A stretch of DNA of 64,000 bases, taken from positions 7,741-71,740 of IMG/VR virus record IMGVR_UViG_3300010399_000038; one strand, given 5' to 3'. The DNA is from a virus. The position numbers and the translations under genes are program-made. Every line of letters starts with the position of its first letter. The stretch's first letter is position 1. The notes under the pieces were generated by a model. That model was not told the DNA's origin and searched no databases. It was given only the letters and a program-made list of their open reading frames with translations. Below, one piece after another: positions 48,148-57,993 of this stretch.

Positions 48148-49023
48148 TTAAATAATACTATCGTTGTCTGTTTGTTCGCTATTGGGCTTTTCTGTTCCAC
48201 AAAATCCATTGCACTCCATTAATGATTCCGGTTGCCTTCCTTTTATCATTGAAATATCTTTCATTAATGGGTAATTAGGATGCGGTAAAAGAAAAACAAG
48301 TTCTGATTTGCCATTGTTTCTTTTCTTTGCGTCAACCGATTGATCTTTACAAATGGTCACAGGCTTCCCTTTTTCATTAGTTAAATCATGTTCAATTTTT
48401 GCCATTGCTTCAAACCTGTCAGGAAAATCATTCTTGAATTTTTGCCAGTAACCTATGCCGCCCTGAACGCATCCTGTTTTTAAACAGTTATTGTTTGAGT
48501 ACCCGAGTTTGTAACTGTTCGGTAATTCTACTCCTGCTTTTTGGAGCATCTTTATACAATCTTTTTTATCAAGCAATTCATATATAAGCGGGAATATTGG
48601 TTTTGAGTCTGGATAATTTCGTCTCATGTTTTTAGCCCGGTTAATTTCTGAAACATCAAAACCAAAAGCCTGATACGAAAAGATGTTTTTATTCTGGTAA
48701 TCCTGCCTTACAGCCCTCTTTAATTCCGATGAGCATATTGCGCCAGTTGCGCTATTAAGAGAGAGGAATTTATACCAAACCTCTTGTATGTTATCGTAGT
48801 TCTTGTTTGTGATCGTCAAAATTTGTGTGCCAAACCACTTCTCGCAATCAATCCTGAATCGTTCCGTATCGTCATCCTCATTACGAGTGCCTATTAATAT
48901 GACAGCCACGTTTTCGAGGCCAAACCAATCAATACAAAGTTTACAAGTGATTGCAGAAGTTGCGCCGCCACTCCACCATGCAATAACCGGATTATCCTTA
49001 TTGATGTTTTTTGTATCAAACAT
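48148..49023 (-). CDS. PAPS-reductase-like (PP-loop) protein
   Basis: IAWWSGGATSA PP-loop, C..ELK, NNNCLKTGCVQGG and C-terminal ECNGFC. Likely start MFDTK at 49023. Confidence 0.75.
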   Translation of the reverse strand: MFDTKNINKDNPVIAWWSGGATSAITCKLCIDWFGLENVAVILIGTRNEDDDTERFRIDCEKWFGTQILTITNKNYDNIQEVWYKFLSLNSATGAICSSELKRAVRQDYQNKNIFSYQAFGFDVSEINRAKNMRRNYPDSKPIFPLIYELLDKKDCIKMLQKAGVELPNSYKLGYSNNNCLKTGCVQGGIGYWQKFKNDFPDRFEAMAKIEHDLTNEKGKPVTICKDQSVDAKKRNNGKSELVFLLPHPNYPLMKDISMIKGRQPESLMECNGFCGTEKPNSEQTDNDSII

Positions 49024-49279
49024 TGTCAATGATATTTTTAACCGCTTCAAGACATTCGTCGGTAATCCCGTTTTTCAAAGCGTACTCAATGCCATACTTA
49101 CCTGTCAGGTTTATATTAACGTCTTTATAATCTTCTCTCCTATCCTCTCCCGATTCAATAAACCCTTGTATCAACTTGTGATTAAACAGCGTTGACTTTT
49201 TCCCGCTATTCCCAAATACAAACCACAATCTTTCCAGCTTTGCTCTCTGGTCGTCTGTTATTGTTACTTTTTTACTCAT
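49016..49279 (-). CDS. Hypothetical protein
   Basis: Co-directional ORF. Confidence 0.55.
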   Translation of the reverse strand: MSKKVTITDDQRAKLERLWFVFGNSGKKSTLFNHKLIQGFIESGEDRREDYKDVNINLTGKYGIEYALKNGITDECLEAVKNIIDNV

Positions 49280-49415
49280 GTTTAATAGAATTACTTTTTG
49301 TCAAACGGAGCGTCGCAAGTAAAGCCCAATCAAGGCTCGTCCCTCTGCTCCATAATTTCAATACCAATACATTTTCTTCTTTCAATCCATGATGCCTAAG
49401 TAGGGAATGAAAGGA

Positions 49416-50000
49416 TTACGCTTTCACAAACTCGAAAGACTTTTTCCTTTTTGTTTTCCCGTTTAACATTCTCGAAATAGTTCCTACGTCCGTATTATGT
49501 TTTCTTGCTGCTTCCGAATAGGACATTATTTCCCCCGTGCTTACTTCTTTGCATCTTTTTGCGTTCCACATTTTCAATCCCGTTTTACCATAGTTAGGAT
49601 GATCTTTGCCCCATCTTACTTTCACTAAACCAGTATCAACCGCATGATGCCTATTTTCTGATTGTGTTGCCCATTCGAGATTGGTTATTCTGGGGTCTGA
49701 TTTAATGCCGTTCTTGTGGTTAATTTCGGGCTTGTTTTCTGGGTTAGGAATGAATATTGTTCCGACCAATCTGTGCAGCGAAACGGTTATCTTGCTGCCG
49801 TCGGCACTCATAAGCGTGTAGTATATGTAGTTTACTTTCGTTCTATTTGTAAGAATCTTCTCATTGACAATATACGGATGCCCCTCTTTTATAACCGTTC
49901 TCTTTAAAGACTTAATCCGGCTGTGATTGCTTACCTGATAAAAGCCCTCAACGTTTGGAATGTCAACCCAAACCCCTGGATCGTTTTCCGTCAGTCCCAA
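49416..50000 (-). CDS. NUMOD4-HNH homing endonuclease
   Basis: WVDIP..YQVSN..RIKSL and HRLVG.FIPNP.NKPEINHKNG..NLEW. Confidence 0.85.
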   Translation of the reverse strand: MGLTENDPGVWVDIPNVEGFYQVSNHSRIKSLKRTVIKEGHPYIVNEKILTNRTKVNYIYYTLMSADGSKITVSLHRLVGTIFIPNPENKPEINHKNGIKSDPRITNLEWATQSENRHHAVDTGLVKVRWGKDHPNYGKTGLKMWNAKRCKEVSTGEIMSYSEAARKHNTDVGTISRMLNGKTKRKKSFEFVKA

Positions 50001-50033
50001 ATAACCATTGTCAAGTAAGAGTTGTTTTATGGT

Positions 50034-50432
50034 TTAAGATTTTGCTGTTTCAAATTTGCTATGGTAAGTATCTGATACGATAACAGCCGAGCGGGTAACA
50101 ATGTTGATTGCTTTCCATTTGCTGTTGCCACCAGCGATTGTGCCACGAAACTCGTTTTTAGCTTTGAAACAAAAACAGCCGTCTAAAAATATTGCTTTCA
50201 TTTTTTCTCTGGCATAGTTCACTATATCATTCTCAAATATGTCTCGTTTCTTCTTATCAGTAAATCCAGTGAATTGATCTTTGCCAATAAGTTTCCACAA
50301 TTTATTATGAAGCATATTATAAAACCCTTTGCTTCCTTTTTCAATGCTTTCCAAACTCCAAACAGACTGATAAAGTTTGTCGTCCTTTAGTCTTTGAAAT
50401 GTGTACCTGAATTTTATAATTCTATTTTCCAT
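50034..50432 (-). CDS. YopX-family protein
   Basis: RIIKFR and QFTGFTDKKKRDIFENDIV. Confidence 0.75.
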   Translation of the reverse strand: MENRIIKFRYTFQRLKDDKLYQSVWSLESIEKGSKGFYNMLHNKLWKLIGKDQFTGFTDKKKRDIFENDIVNYAREKMKAIFLDGCFCFKAKNEFRGTIAGGNSKWKAINIVTRSAVIVSDTYHSKFETAKS

Positions 50433-50466
50433 TACCTATATATTTAAAGTGTTTGCTTGTGACGGG

Positions 50467-50778
50467 TTATTCAGTTATATCTACATAAGCGGCAAAGACA
50501 ATTTCACAAAGTATATCCCAAAAATCTTTTGTTATTTCCATACCACTTGCACCGCCGATCACGAACCCTTCCATTTTCCAGTGACTTAATATTTTTCTTT
50601 CCTCCTCATTGATTTTATTCGGGTCAAGTTTTTGACTATTCATCATAACGTGCATGATGTATGGCATTAACCTAAGTTCCGTTACCGAAATCTCATACCC
50701 AAATTTTCTTGTAGCAATTAACTGAACATATTCGGTTAACTGTCCTCTGCCTTGTTTTTCCTTAATGTCTTTTCCCAT
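50467..50778 (-). CDS. Hypothetical phage protein
   Basis: RGQLT..ELRLMPY..KINEEERKIL. Confidence 0.6.
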   Translation of the reverse strand: MGKDIKEKQGRGQLTEYVQLIATRKFGYEISVTELRLMPYIMHVMMNSQKLDPNKINEEERKILSHWKMEGFVIGGASGMEITKDFWDILCEIVFAAYVDITE

Positions 50779-50818
50779 TCTTAATTAATTTTAATGATCT
50801 GGTTTAAAAAGTTGGCGG

Positions 50819-51100
50819 CTAGTATTCTCGGTATAAGTGGCTTTCGATTTCTATTTCAAACTCTGATTCTGGAAATAGTTTTTCTCCAAGTTTTGTCAGG
50901 CGATCTCTCATTCTAAGCGCAAGCCGTTGCCCCCTATCGCTATAAACAAAAGTCCAGCTTTCATCTACGGTATCATCCTCTTCAATATCTCTTATTAACC
51001 CGGTCTCCTTTGTGAATGATTGTAAAAACGCTTCCCATATATCAATAGCGTAACCAACGTAATCGTCGGCATCATTAATTTGCTTATCCTGATTTATCAT
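50819..51100 (-). CDS. Hypothetical protein
   Basis: Co-directional acidic ORF. Confidence 0.55.
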   Translation of the reverse strand: MINQDKQINDADDYVGYAIDIWEAFLQSFTKETGLIRDIEEDDTVDESWTFVYSDRGQRLALRMRDRLTKLGEKLFPESEFEIEIESHLYREY

Positions 51101-51147
51101 ACATTTAATTTAAACCGCCAATATATTTATAAGAGCTTTTGATGTTA

Positions 51148-51438
51148 CTAATACGTTTCTTGGATGCAGGTTTTTAGAAACTGGATTCTAACCTTCCATC
51201 CATCTTGTGTGCGGGGCGGCCACCTATAATCTTTCTTTGCTTCCAACTCAGGGAATAAATCTTCTATAACCCCGCCGAAATAAGCGACAAAATCATCCGG
51301 TACAATACCAAGTTTATAATAAATAAGATTACATAATCCGCAATCAAAACTTTTATATTTCTCGGCTTCGGCCAACATTAAAATGTAGGCGGTGTGCCGC
51401 TGTTGCTTCGTTAATATCATTCCATCAATTAGTTTCAT
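51148..51438 (-). CDS. Hypothetical protein
   Basis: Co-directional ORF. Confidence 0.55.
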   Translation of the reverse strand: MKLIDGMILTKQQRHTAYILMLAEAEKYKSFDCGLCNLIYYKLGIVPDDFVAYFGGVIEDLFPELEAKKDYRWPPRTQDGWKVRIQFLKTCIQETY

Positions 51439-51492
51439 AACCTTTCCATTTTTTTAAATTACTCCCCCGCAACGAATAGAGGGGTTAGGGGA

Positions 51493-51900
51493 TTAGAGTT
51501 TTACGGTTTTTGTTTCACCTTTTAAATAAGAAATAAGCTGCTTGTTTTTTGCTCCTTTCATCAAAATGTATGTTTCTAATGCTGATAAAAACTTATACAC
51601 CCTATCGTCGTCAATTGTTTTCCCGTTGACGTTCGGAGGTATTTCTTGGAACTCAATTGTGTTTCGTTCCATTGGGCATAAATTCTCAATGCTTCTTTGG
51701 CAACATTTTTTTATTAGTTCTATTGCTCTTTCGCTTCGACAGTTTCCAGTCATTTGACCATAAACACATTCGTCGTAGTTTGTTGGACGCAACTTTATAA
51801 AACTAAGTTTGTCTATCTCTTCTCCCGTTGCGTGTTTTTTAATAAGAGACGCTTCTTTTTTAACGTCCAATATAAATTGAGATTTAAGATATTTTTTCAT
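51493..51900 (-). CDS. Hypothetical protein
   Basis: Contains CVYGQMTGNC; co-directional. Confidence 0.6.
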   Translation of the reverse strand: MKKYLKSQFILDVKKEASLIKKHATGEEIDKLSFIKLRPTNYDECVYGQMTGNCRSERAIELIKKCCQRSIENLCPMERNTIEFQEIPPNVNGKTIDDDRVYKFLSALETYILMKGAKNKQLISYLKGETKTVKL

Positions 51901-51934
51901 GCTGTTTATTTTTAAAAAAATTGAATTGAAATGG

Positions 51935-52162
51935 TTAGGGGTTGTATTTTTTTATGAAAAATGAATCAATAGGTTCGTTTATCCAATGGCAAACTACTGC
52001 AAGCGTCTCAATGTCGGGTGTTTTCCCATTCTCAATTCTGGACAAGGTGGCTGCACTAATTTTTATCTTTTTAGCCGCCGACCTTATATCCAAATCTAAG
52101 TCAATAATCCTTTTTGTTTTTACCAACTTGGATAATCTTTCGCTGTCGTATTTTATTTTCAT
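51935..52162 (-). CDS. Cro/CI-type HTH regulator
   Basis: IRSAAKKIKISAATLSRIENGKTPD. Sits at a divergent switch, with a TATTTTTG element at 52174-52167. Confidence 0.85.
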   Translation of the reverse strand: MKIKYDSERLSKLVKTKRIIDLDLDIRSAAKKIKISAATLSRIENGKTPDIETLAVVCHWINEPIDSFFIKKYNP

Positions 52163-52249
52163 GGCTCAAAAATAGGGAGTTTTAGATATAAAACAACTAT
52201 TCTTTAAAAAATATTTTGAGATACCAAAGAAACACCCCATATTCGCACA

Positions 52250-52762
52250 ATGGAAGAACAAAATCTAAGTTATTTTGAAAGGTTTCGTAAAATAAAACTT
52301 GGGCAGCTACCGAAAGAAGCAGTTCCTAAGCCTAAAAAAAGAATAAACCCTATATCTCCGAAGAAAGCACAAGAGCTAAAGGATGCGAAGCTGGTTGGAA
52401 GTGCTGATAGTTTGGATGAATGGTTTGAAGGTATTAAAAATAGACATTGGGGACTACTTAGTTATTGCCCATGTATGGAGTGCGGGTTGGCTATTCCAGT
52501 TGATTTTTCTCGTCATGCAACGGCTCATTTATTGCCGAAGAAAATTTTTAAATCTATTTCCACTCACCCACTTAATTATTTAATCCTCGGTGCGGGGTGT
52601 GGTTGCCATGACAAGACACACACTATAAGCAAATTTGTGAAAATGAAAATATGGCCTTTGGCAAAGCAAAGAATCTTAGAAATGATGCCCCTCTTACCCG
52701 TTGATGAATTGAGAAGGATTTCTAACCAGATGTTGATTGCTTTGGATATGACTGAAAAATAA
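52250..52762 (+). CDS. Zn-binding HNH-like (NinG/Ref-like) nuclease
   Basis: CMECG, AHLLPK and HPLNYLIL..CGCHD. Confidence 0.6.
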   Translation: MEEQNLSYFERFRKIKLGQLPKEAVPKPKKRINPISPKKAQELKDAKLVGSADSLDEWFEGIKNRHWGLLSYCPCMECGLAIPVDFSRHATAHLLPKKIFKSISTHPLNYLILGAGCGCHDKTHTISKFVKMKIWPLAKQRILEMMPLLPVDELRRISNQMLIALDMTEK

Positions 52763-52962
52763 AAGCTCCGGGGGTGTGGTGGATATTAACAGGCGTGTAG
52801 AACTTTTTCGGCATAGTGGGGAAAAGTTTGCAAGAAAAAATTAGGTGGTTTGAAAATTAGTTTAAACATTCGTATCGCAAAATTTAATTTCATGGTTAAT
52901 AAAATATTTTATATACTTGGGATAGTAACCCAGTTTTCAATTTCCATAAATTGAATTTTGCA

Positions 52963-52995
52963 GCCGTTCCCGGTTCTCCGGGGGCGGTTTTTTTA
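52963..52995 (+). terminator. Intrinsic terminator upstream of the replication gene
   Basis: gccgttcccgg...ccgggggcgg followed by ttttttt. Confidence 0.65.
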
Positions 52996-53028
52996 TTACA
53001 AGCAACCAAATAAAATATCAAATGAGAA

Positions 53029-53769
53029 ATGGCAATATTTAGAAAAGTCCATGTCCAATTTTGGGGAGACATATTTATCCAATCCTTGACACCGGAGCAA
53101 AAGTTTTTTTTCTTGTACCTACTGACAAACGAGAAAACAAAGCAATGCGGAATCTATGAGATCACTACCCGTCAAATATCCTACGATACAGGGTACAATG
53201 TGGAAACCATAAACAAACTCATTGACTTCTTTACTGACTCAAAAAAAATACTTTATTCAAGGGATTCTAATGAAATGGCTATTAAAAATTGGGAAAGGTA
53301 TAATGGGAGTAGAAGTCCAGACGTTCAAAACCTTGTAAATAAAGAACTTAAACTTGTAAAAAACCAAAAACTAACAGAGTGGGTACAGAGTGGTAGCAGA
53401 GTGGGTGGACAGTCTAAAAAGTCCTTACGGGAAGAACCAGAACCAGAAGAAGAACAAGAAAGAGAACCAGAACCAGAAGAAGAAATCGGTAGTAAAAAAG
53501 TCAAAGAAATCGCAAATGAAGTTTGGAAAGATGAAGATTGGAAGAATAGTGTTTGTATTGGATTGAATTTAACAACAGAGGAATTAAAAAAGTGGTTAGC
53601 CCTTTTTAATTCAAGTGTCGCTACCACTAAGGATAAAAAGTTTGATAAATCGGCGTACAAAAGAATGAGTAGGGGTTGGATTTATAACAAACAAGCAAAA
53701 GGAGAAAAGGTGGAAACCGGAATAACAAGGAAATCGGATTCAGCACCATTAAAAAAGTTAAATCCATGA
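53029..53769 (+). CDS. Replication initiator (replisome organiser, lambda-O-like)
   Basis: FRKVHVQFWGD..KFFFLYLLTN..CGIYEI wHTH-type N-terminus, EPEPEEE linker; directly upstream of DnaB. Confidence 0.8.
   Translation: MAIFRKVHVQFWGDIFIQSLTPEQKFFFLYLLTNEKTKQCGIYEITTRQISYDTGYNVETINKLIDFFTDSKKILYSRDSNEMAIKNWERYNGSRSPDVQNLVNKELKLVKNQKLTEWVQSGSRVGGQSKKSLREEPEPEEEQEREPEPEEEIGSKKVKEIANEVWKDEDWKNSVCIGLNLTTEELKKWLALFNSSVATTKDKKFDKSAYKRMSRGWIYNKQAKGEKVETGITRKSDSAPLKKLNP
53433..53484 (+). repeat. 22-bp direct repeat x2 inside the initiator gene (possible origin/iteron region)
   Basis: agaaccagaaccagaagaagaa at 53433 and 53463. Confidence 0.6.
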
Positions 53770-55175
53770 TGGAGTTTAAAAAAGGAATACACTTCTCACA
53801 AGAATTAGAATCTGCAATACTTGGGGCTTGTTTATTAGAGAAAGAGGCATTAGGAAGAATTTATGGAACTATTGAGGAAGAATGTTTTTATTTCGAAAGC
53901 CATAAGACTGTTTTTGCCGTATTGAAAAAAATGTATCAGGAAGGAATAATGATTGATATTTTAACGGTTTCTGATTATTTACTTCGTGTTAAAAAAGTTG
54001 AAATATTGCAGAATTACGATGTTATTTACTTCATTACATCATTGACAAATTGGGTTGTTAGCACAGCGCATTTAGAATTTCACTCTTACATCATCAAGCA
54101 AATGTGGATGGAAAGAGAAGTTATGCGGCTTACGTTAGGGGGCGTTCAGGGAGATAATGTTCAAGAACAAATAAAAACCATCAATCAAAAACTTCAATCA
54201 CTCCAACAAAAAGCAACCGAACATGATTGGCAGGATATGACGCAGCTTATGGTGGATTTGTATAGGCATCAGGAAGAAATGAAATTGACAAAAGGAATTG
54301 GTAAACCAAGCGGAATTGGTTCTTTGGATAGGGAGAACGGCGGCTTTCAGAACGGACAACTTATAGTGGTTGGAGCAAGGCCATCAATGGGAAAATCTGC
54401 ACTTGTTTCAGGGATGGCTATTGAAATGGCAAAAAGAAATTCAACCATAGGAATTGTTTCATTAGAAATGTCAAACACGGAAATAGCAGCAAGGTTAGCT
54501 GCTTATGATACCGATACGGATTTTAATGTGGTTTATCGTGGACTTTACAAAGACATGGAAGAAACTCATAGGTTGTATAACAAGATTGGTAATTCAACCT
54601 CAACACTCCCAATTTATGTAACCGATAAAACCAAAGTAAATATTCCAGAGATAAGAGCGAAGGCAGAAAAATTAAAAGCACTTCATGGTCTGGATTGTTT
54701 GATGATTGACTACTTGCAATTAGTTTCAGCCATTGGTGGAAGCTATACAAAGAACCGGGAAAATGAAATTGCAGAAATGAGCCGGGGCTGTAAAATAATG
54801 GCGAAAGAAATGAATATCCCCGTAATACTTCTTTGCCAATTAAACCGGGAAGTAACCAAGAGAAAGGGTGGTGACAGATACCCGCAACTAAGCGATCTAA
54901 GAGAATCAGGGGCAATAGAACAGGATGCAGATGTTGTAATGTTTTTGCATAGGGATTACTTAATGGGAATTGAAGTTGATGAAAACGGAACAAGTACAGA
55001 GAAGCAAGCGGATTTGGTGGTAAGAAAATGGAGAAACGGGAAAAGCAATTTCATTATTCCATTGGATTTTGACCCGCCAAAAATGAAGTTCACAGAAAGA
55101 ACCGGACAACCAAAATTCACCCATGCAGCACCAAGCCCTTACGAAAAAGATGATAAAGAAGAAATGCCATTTTAA
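53766..55175 (+). CDS. dnaB: Replicative DNA helicase
   Basis: GARPSMGKS, SLEMS, IDYLQL, QLNRE and SDLRESGAIEQDADVV. Confidence 0.95.
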   Translation: MMEFKKGIHFSQELESAILGACLLEKEALGRIYGTIEEECFYFESHKTVFAVLKKMYQEGIMIDILTVSDYLLRVKKVEILQNYDVIYFITSLTNWVVSTAHLEFHSYIIKQMWMEREVMRLTLGGVQGDNVQEQIKTINQKLQSLQQKATEHDWQDMTQLMVDLYRHQEEMKLTKGIGKPSGIGSLDRENGGFQNGQLIVVGARPSMGKSALVSGMAIEMAKRNSTIGIVSLEMSNTEIAARLAAYDTDTDFNVVYRGLYKDMEETHRLYNKIGNSTSTLPIYVTDKTKVNIPEIRAKAEKLKALHGLDCLMIDYLQLVSAIGGSYTKNRENEIAEMSRGCKIMAKEMNIPVILLCQLNREVTKRKGGDRYPQLSDLRESGAIEQDADVVMFLHRDYLMGIEVDENGTSTEKQADLVVRKWRNGKSNFIIPLDFDPPKMKFTERTGQPKFTHAAPSPYEKDDKEEMPF

Positions 55176-55177
55176 TT

Positions 55178-55435
55178 ATGATAATACCAAACTTAATAGC
55201 ACTTGAATATTCAGTAAGCCAAAATTGCTTTCATATTCAAACATTAAAAGAAACAATTCAAGAAAACATGATGAACGCTTTTAACAGAGGGAACAATGAT
55301 TATGTGTTATTAGCCGTTTTCGAGAATGAATTAGATGCTCATGATTTTTCCGAAAAGTTCAGGGCTGCAATGGACGAACAAAACAGAAAAGATGTTAATA
55401 AACTTATCAACGACATTTTAAATAGCAGCGAATGA
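55178..55435 (+). CDS. Hypothetical protein
   Basis: Operon-coupled ORF. Confidence 0.55.
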   Translation: MIIPNLIALEYSVSQNCFHIQTLKETIQENMMNAFNRGNNDYVLLAVFENELDAHDFSEKFRAAMDEQNRKDVNKLINDILNSSE

Positions 55436-55617
55436 CGCCCTCCGAAAAACAAGAGTATTTGGATAACCTGAAAATTCTATGCTGCGTTGTTGGATTTTTA
55501 AAAAGTAATGGAGAACTTGATGGAGCAATAGTTTTAGATATGGAAAGTTTGGAAAAAATAAAAAAGAAGTTCGATAGATATAAAGTATTTTTTATTGATA
55601 AATTGGGAACACCATGA
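55432..55617 (+). CDS. Hypothetical protein
   Basis: ATGA-coupled ORF. Confidence 0.5.
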   Translation: MTPSEKQEYLDNLKILCCVVGFLKSNGELDGAIVLDMESLEKIKKKFDRYKVFFIDKLGTP

Positions 55618-55841
55618 ATCATAAATGGAAAGATAATGTTTGTGTGAATTGTGGAATTGAAAGAACAAAGAAAGATTATCGTCAAGTTGTAAGCACTTAT
55701 TCAAAGTTGGGAAATGATGGATGCTTTCATGATGTTCCGGTTTACAGATATGGCAAAGCATGGTGTTATGGAAGACCACATGAATTAGATAAAGATGTTA
55801 TTGTTACTATTGGATTTGAAAGACCAAGTTGTAAAAAATGA
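55614..55841 (+). CDS. Small Cys/His-rich hypothetical protein
   Basis: HKW...CVNCG; ATGA coupling. Confidence 0.55.
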   Translation: MNHKWKDNVCVNCGIERTKKDYRQVVSTYSKLGNDGCFHDVPVYRYGKAWCYGRPHELDKDVIVTIGFERPSCKK

Positions 55842-56125
55842 TTGTTATGCCAGTAAGGATTCAAAGAAAAAGAACGAAGGGCTGGAAGATGCCGGATAAT
55901 ACTGTTTATGTTGGCAGGCCAACTAAATATGGAAATGAATGGACAATAAAAGCAGGAAGGACAAGGGAAGATTGCGTGGCTATGTACGAAAGAACAATCA
56001 ATGCTTATAAGCCAGAGGTAATTGAAGAAATTAAAAAAGAACTTGGTGGGAAAGATTTAGCGTGTTGGTGTCCTTTGACGTTGCCATGTCATGCAGATAT
56101 TCTTTTAAAAGTTGCTAATTCCTAA
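55838..56125 (+). CDS. DUF4326-family protein
   Basis: RIQRKRTKGW, VYVGRPTKYGN and GKDLACWCP..CHADIL. Confidence 0.85.
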   Translation: MIVMPVRIQRKRTKGWKMPDNTVYVGRPTKYGNEWTIKAGRTREDCVAMYERTINAYKPEVIEEIKKELGGKDLACWCPLTLPCHADILLKVANS

Positions 56126-56138
56126 AACTAAAACAACA

Positions 56139-56327
56139 ATGAGTGACGAAAATAAAAATTTGGTTGAACCTGATTGGGATGACCGGGAATTTGAAGATGA
56201 TGACGATAATGAACCAGACGAATATGATTACTACTATTGCTATGGGTGTTTCTTTTCAAGTGTTAGGGATTATGGTGGATGGGGATGCCCTCATTGTGGA
56301 GCAATAATGTCGGGAGAGTATTATTAA
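56139..56327 (+). CDS. Small acidic Zn-ribbon protein
   Basis: Likely start MSDENK; CYGC...CPHCG. Confidence 0.5.
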   Translation: MSDENKNLVEPDWDDREFEDDDDNEPDEYDYYYCYGCFFSSVRDYGGWGCPHCGAIMSGEYY

Positions 56328-56338
56328 AATAATTTTTT

Positions 56339-56554
56339 ATGGCTATAAAGAAGAAAGATGGCGGTAGGGTTCCAAGAGGACGCTTTTTGATTGCCTTCGA
56401 TAATAACGGGATTCATATAAGAAAAACCGTTTGTGTAACTCATCATGGAGAAAACGGGGAAGTGTCCTACGATGCGAAACCATTGTACAGTTTAAAAAAT
56501 CAAGAGATTAAAAAGCAGATTATTAAATTAATCACCAAACCAAAACAACCATAA
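56339..56554 (+). CDS. Hypothetical protein
   Basis: Co-directional ORF. Confidence 0.5.
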   Translation: MAIKKKDGGRVPRGRFLIAFDNNGIHIRKTVCVTHHGENGEVSYDAKPLYSLKNQEIKKQIIKLITKPKQP

Positions 56555-56557
56555 TTT

Positions 56558-56890
56558 ATGAAATGGATAGTACGACTTGAAATCACAGTAAATGAAAGCA
56601 AAGAACAGGGGCTTTCTATGATGAACAACGATGGAACGGAAACCTTTTGTAAGCACGGTACTATTTGGAGATTGCCAAAAGCAATAAATTTTTACAAGAC
56701 AAAGTACGGGACTATAAAATGGAAGGCTGTTTTGTTTCCGAGGCTTCATTCTTTCTTTACTTTTTTTATGAAGCAGAATGATTACTTGTTTCCACCAAAA
56801 GGAGAAGACCCAGAGGGCTACCCATTTAAGAAACCGCATTTATGGAAAACACGAATTGGATTTAAAACAGCATGGGATTTGTCAAGGTAA
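56558..56890 (+). CDS. Hypothetical protein
   Basis: Co-directional ORF. Confidence 0.5.
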   Translation: MKWIVRLEITVNESKEQGLSMMNNDGTETFCKHGTIWRLPKAINFYKTKYGTIKWKAVLFPRLHSFFTFFMKQNDYLFPPKGEDPEGYPFKKPHLWKTRIGFKTAWDLSR

Positions 56891-56918
56891 TATAAACTTT
56901 TAAATTCAACAACCATGA

Positions 56919-57380
56919 GTGATGCCTAAAAAACTAACCGACGATAAAATAAACGAGTTACGAGAGTTCTGCCGAACAAATACTAAAAGCGACGCACGAA
57001 CTAAATTTGGGTATTCCAAAGGGCTTGTTTGGAAATATACAAGGGATATTTATACCGTTAGCGAAGAAGATGAAAAATATTTAAGCGAGTATTTGGGTGA
57101 ATGGAGGCCAATTCCAAGTTTAAAAGGAACATATATGGCTAATGAAGTCGGCAGGATTATTAGTGTCGAAAGAAGAATTTTCTATAAAAATGGAACAAGC
57201 AGATTAATACCAAAAAAGTTGTTGGGTGTGTATTTAAACACTCATGGATATTATACAGTAAGCGTTAAAGGAAAGCGGAAGGCAGTTCATAGATTGGTTG
57301 CCGAAGTTTTTATCCCGAACCCAGAAAAAAAGCCATGTATAAATCATAAAAACGGCATCGAAATCATACAAGAAACATAA
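56919..57380 (+). pseudogene. NUMOD4-HNH gene truncated within the HNH motif
   Basis: [15 protein letters not shown], then [23 protein letters not shown] and a stop 8 codons later; lacks the N..NLEW half. Confidence 0.6.
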
Positions 57381-57389
57381 CTTTTAAAT

Positions 57390-57686
57390 ATGAAAAGCAG
57401 CACAATATTGCACGAAAGAGAGACAACCGCCGAAACAGAGGCGTGGCTTAAAGCCAATGGAGAAAAACTAAACAACCAGTGTATAATGGTTTTAAAACTT
57501 CTCTATTCTGTTCCGGGAAAAAAATATACAGCTAAAATGGTAAATGATATTTTGGATATAGCTGATGGAGGAAGACGTTTAAGAAATTTATTTGCTTTCA
57601 GAAACGACGTTAAAAGAGAATGGGGCGAACACGGTAAATATTATTGGCTGGAAATTCCCAATCGTCACCCAACCAAAAAGATTTAA
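57390..57686 (+). CDS. Winged-helix-like hypothetical protein
   Basis: QCIMVLKLL..YTA..RRLRNL..KYYWL. Confidence 0.5.
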   Translation: MKSSTILHERETTAETEAWLKANGEKLNNQCIMVLKLLYSVPGKKYTAKMVNDILDIADGGRRLRNLFAFRNDVKREWGEHGKYYWLEIPNRHPTKKI

Positions 57687-57774
57687 CCCGATGGTACGAT
57701 GAAGCAAAAGAAACTGGCAAAGTAATTTTTATGGAACAGAAACTTTTTGATTAAATTTAATAAACCAATCCACC

Positions 57775-57993
57775 ATGACACCGAGAAGTACACCGCAAGA
57801 GGCTTATGTTTGGGTATGTAATGTTCTTCATTCGTGTGAGAATGATTTTCATTTTGAGAGTGCTGGAATTTTAATAGAATTATTCAGAAGAAAATATCCA
57901 GATGAGCGGGAGCGAAAGCAGATGCTGACTGATTTACTTTACGATAAGATACAAGATAAGAACCCACCATTAAAACGCACCCACGAAGCATGA
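57775..57993 (+). CDS. Hypothetical protein
   Basis: Co-directional ORF. Confidence 0.55.
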   Translation: MTPRSTPQEAYVWVCNVLHSCENDFHFESAGILIELFRRKYPDERERKQMLTDLLYDKIQDKNPPLKRTHEA

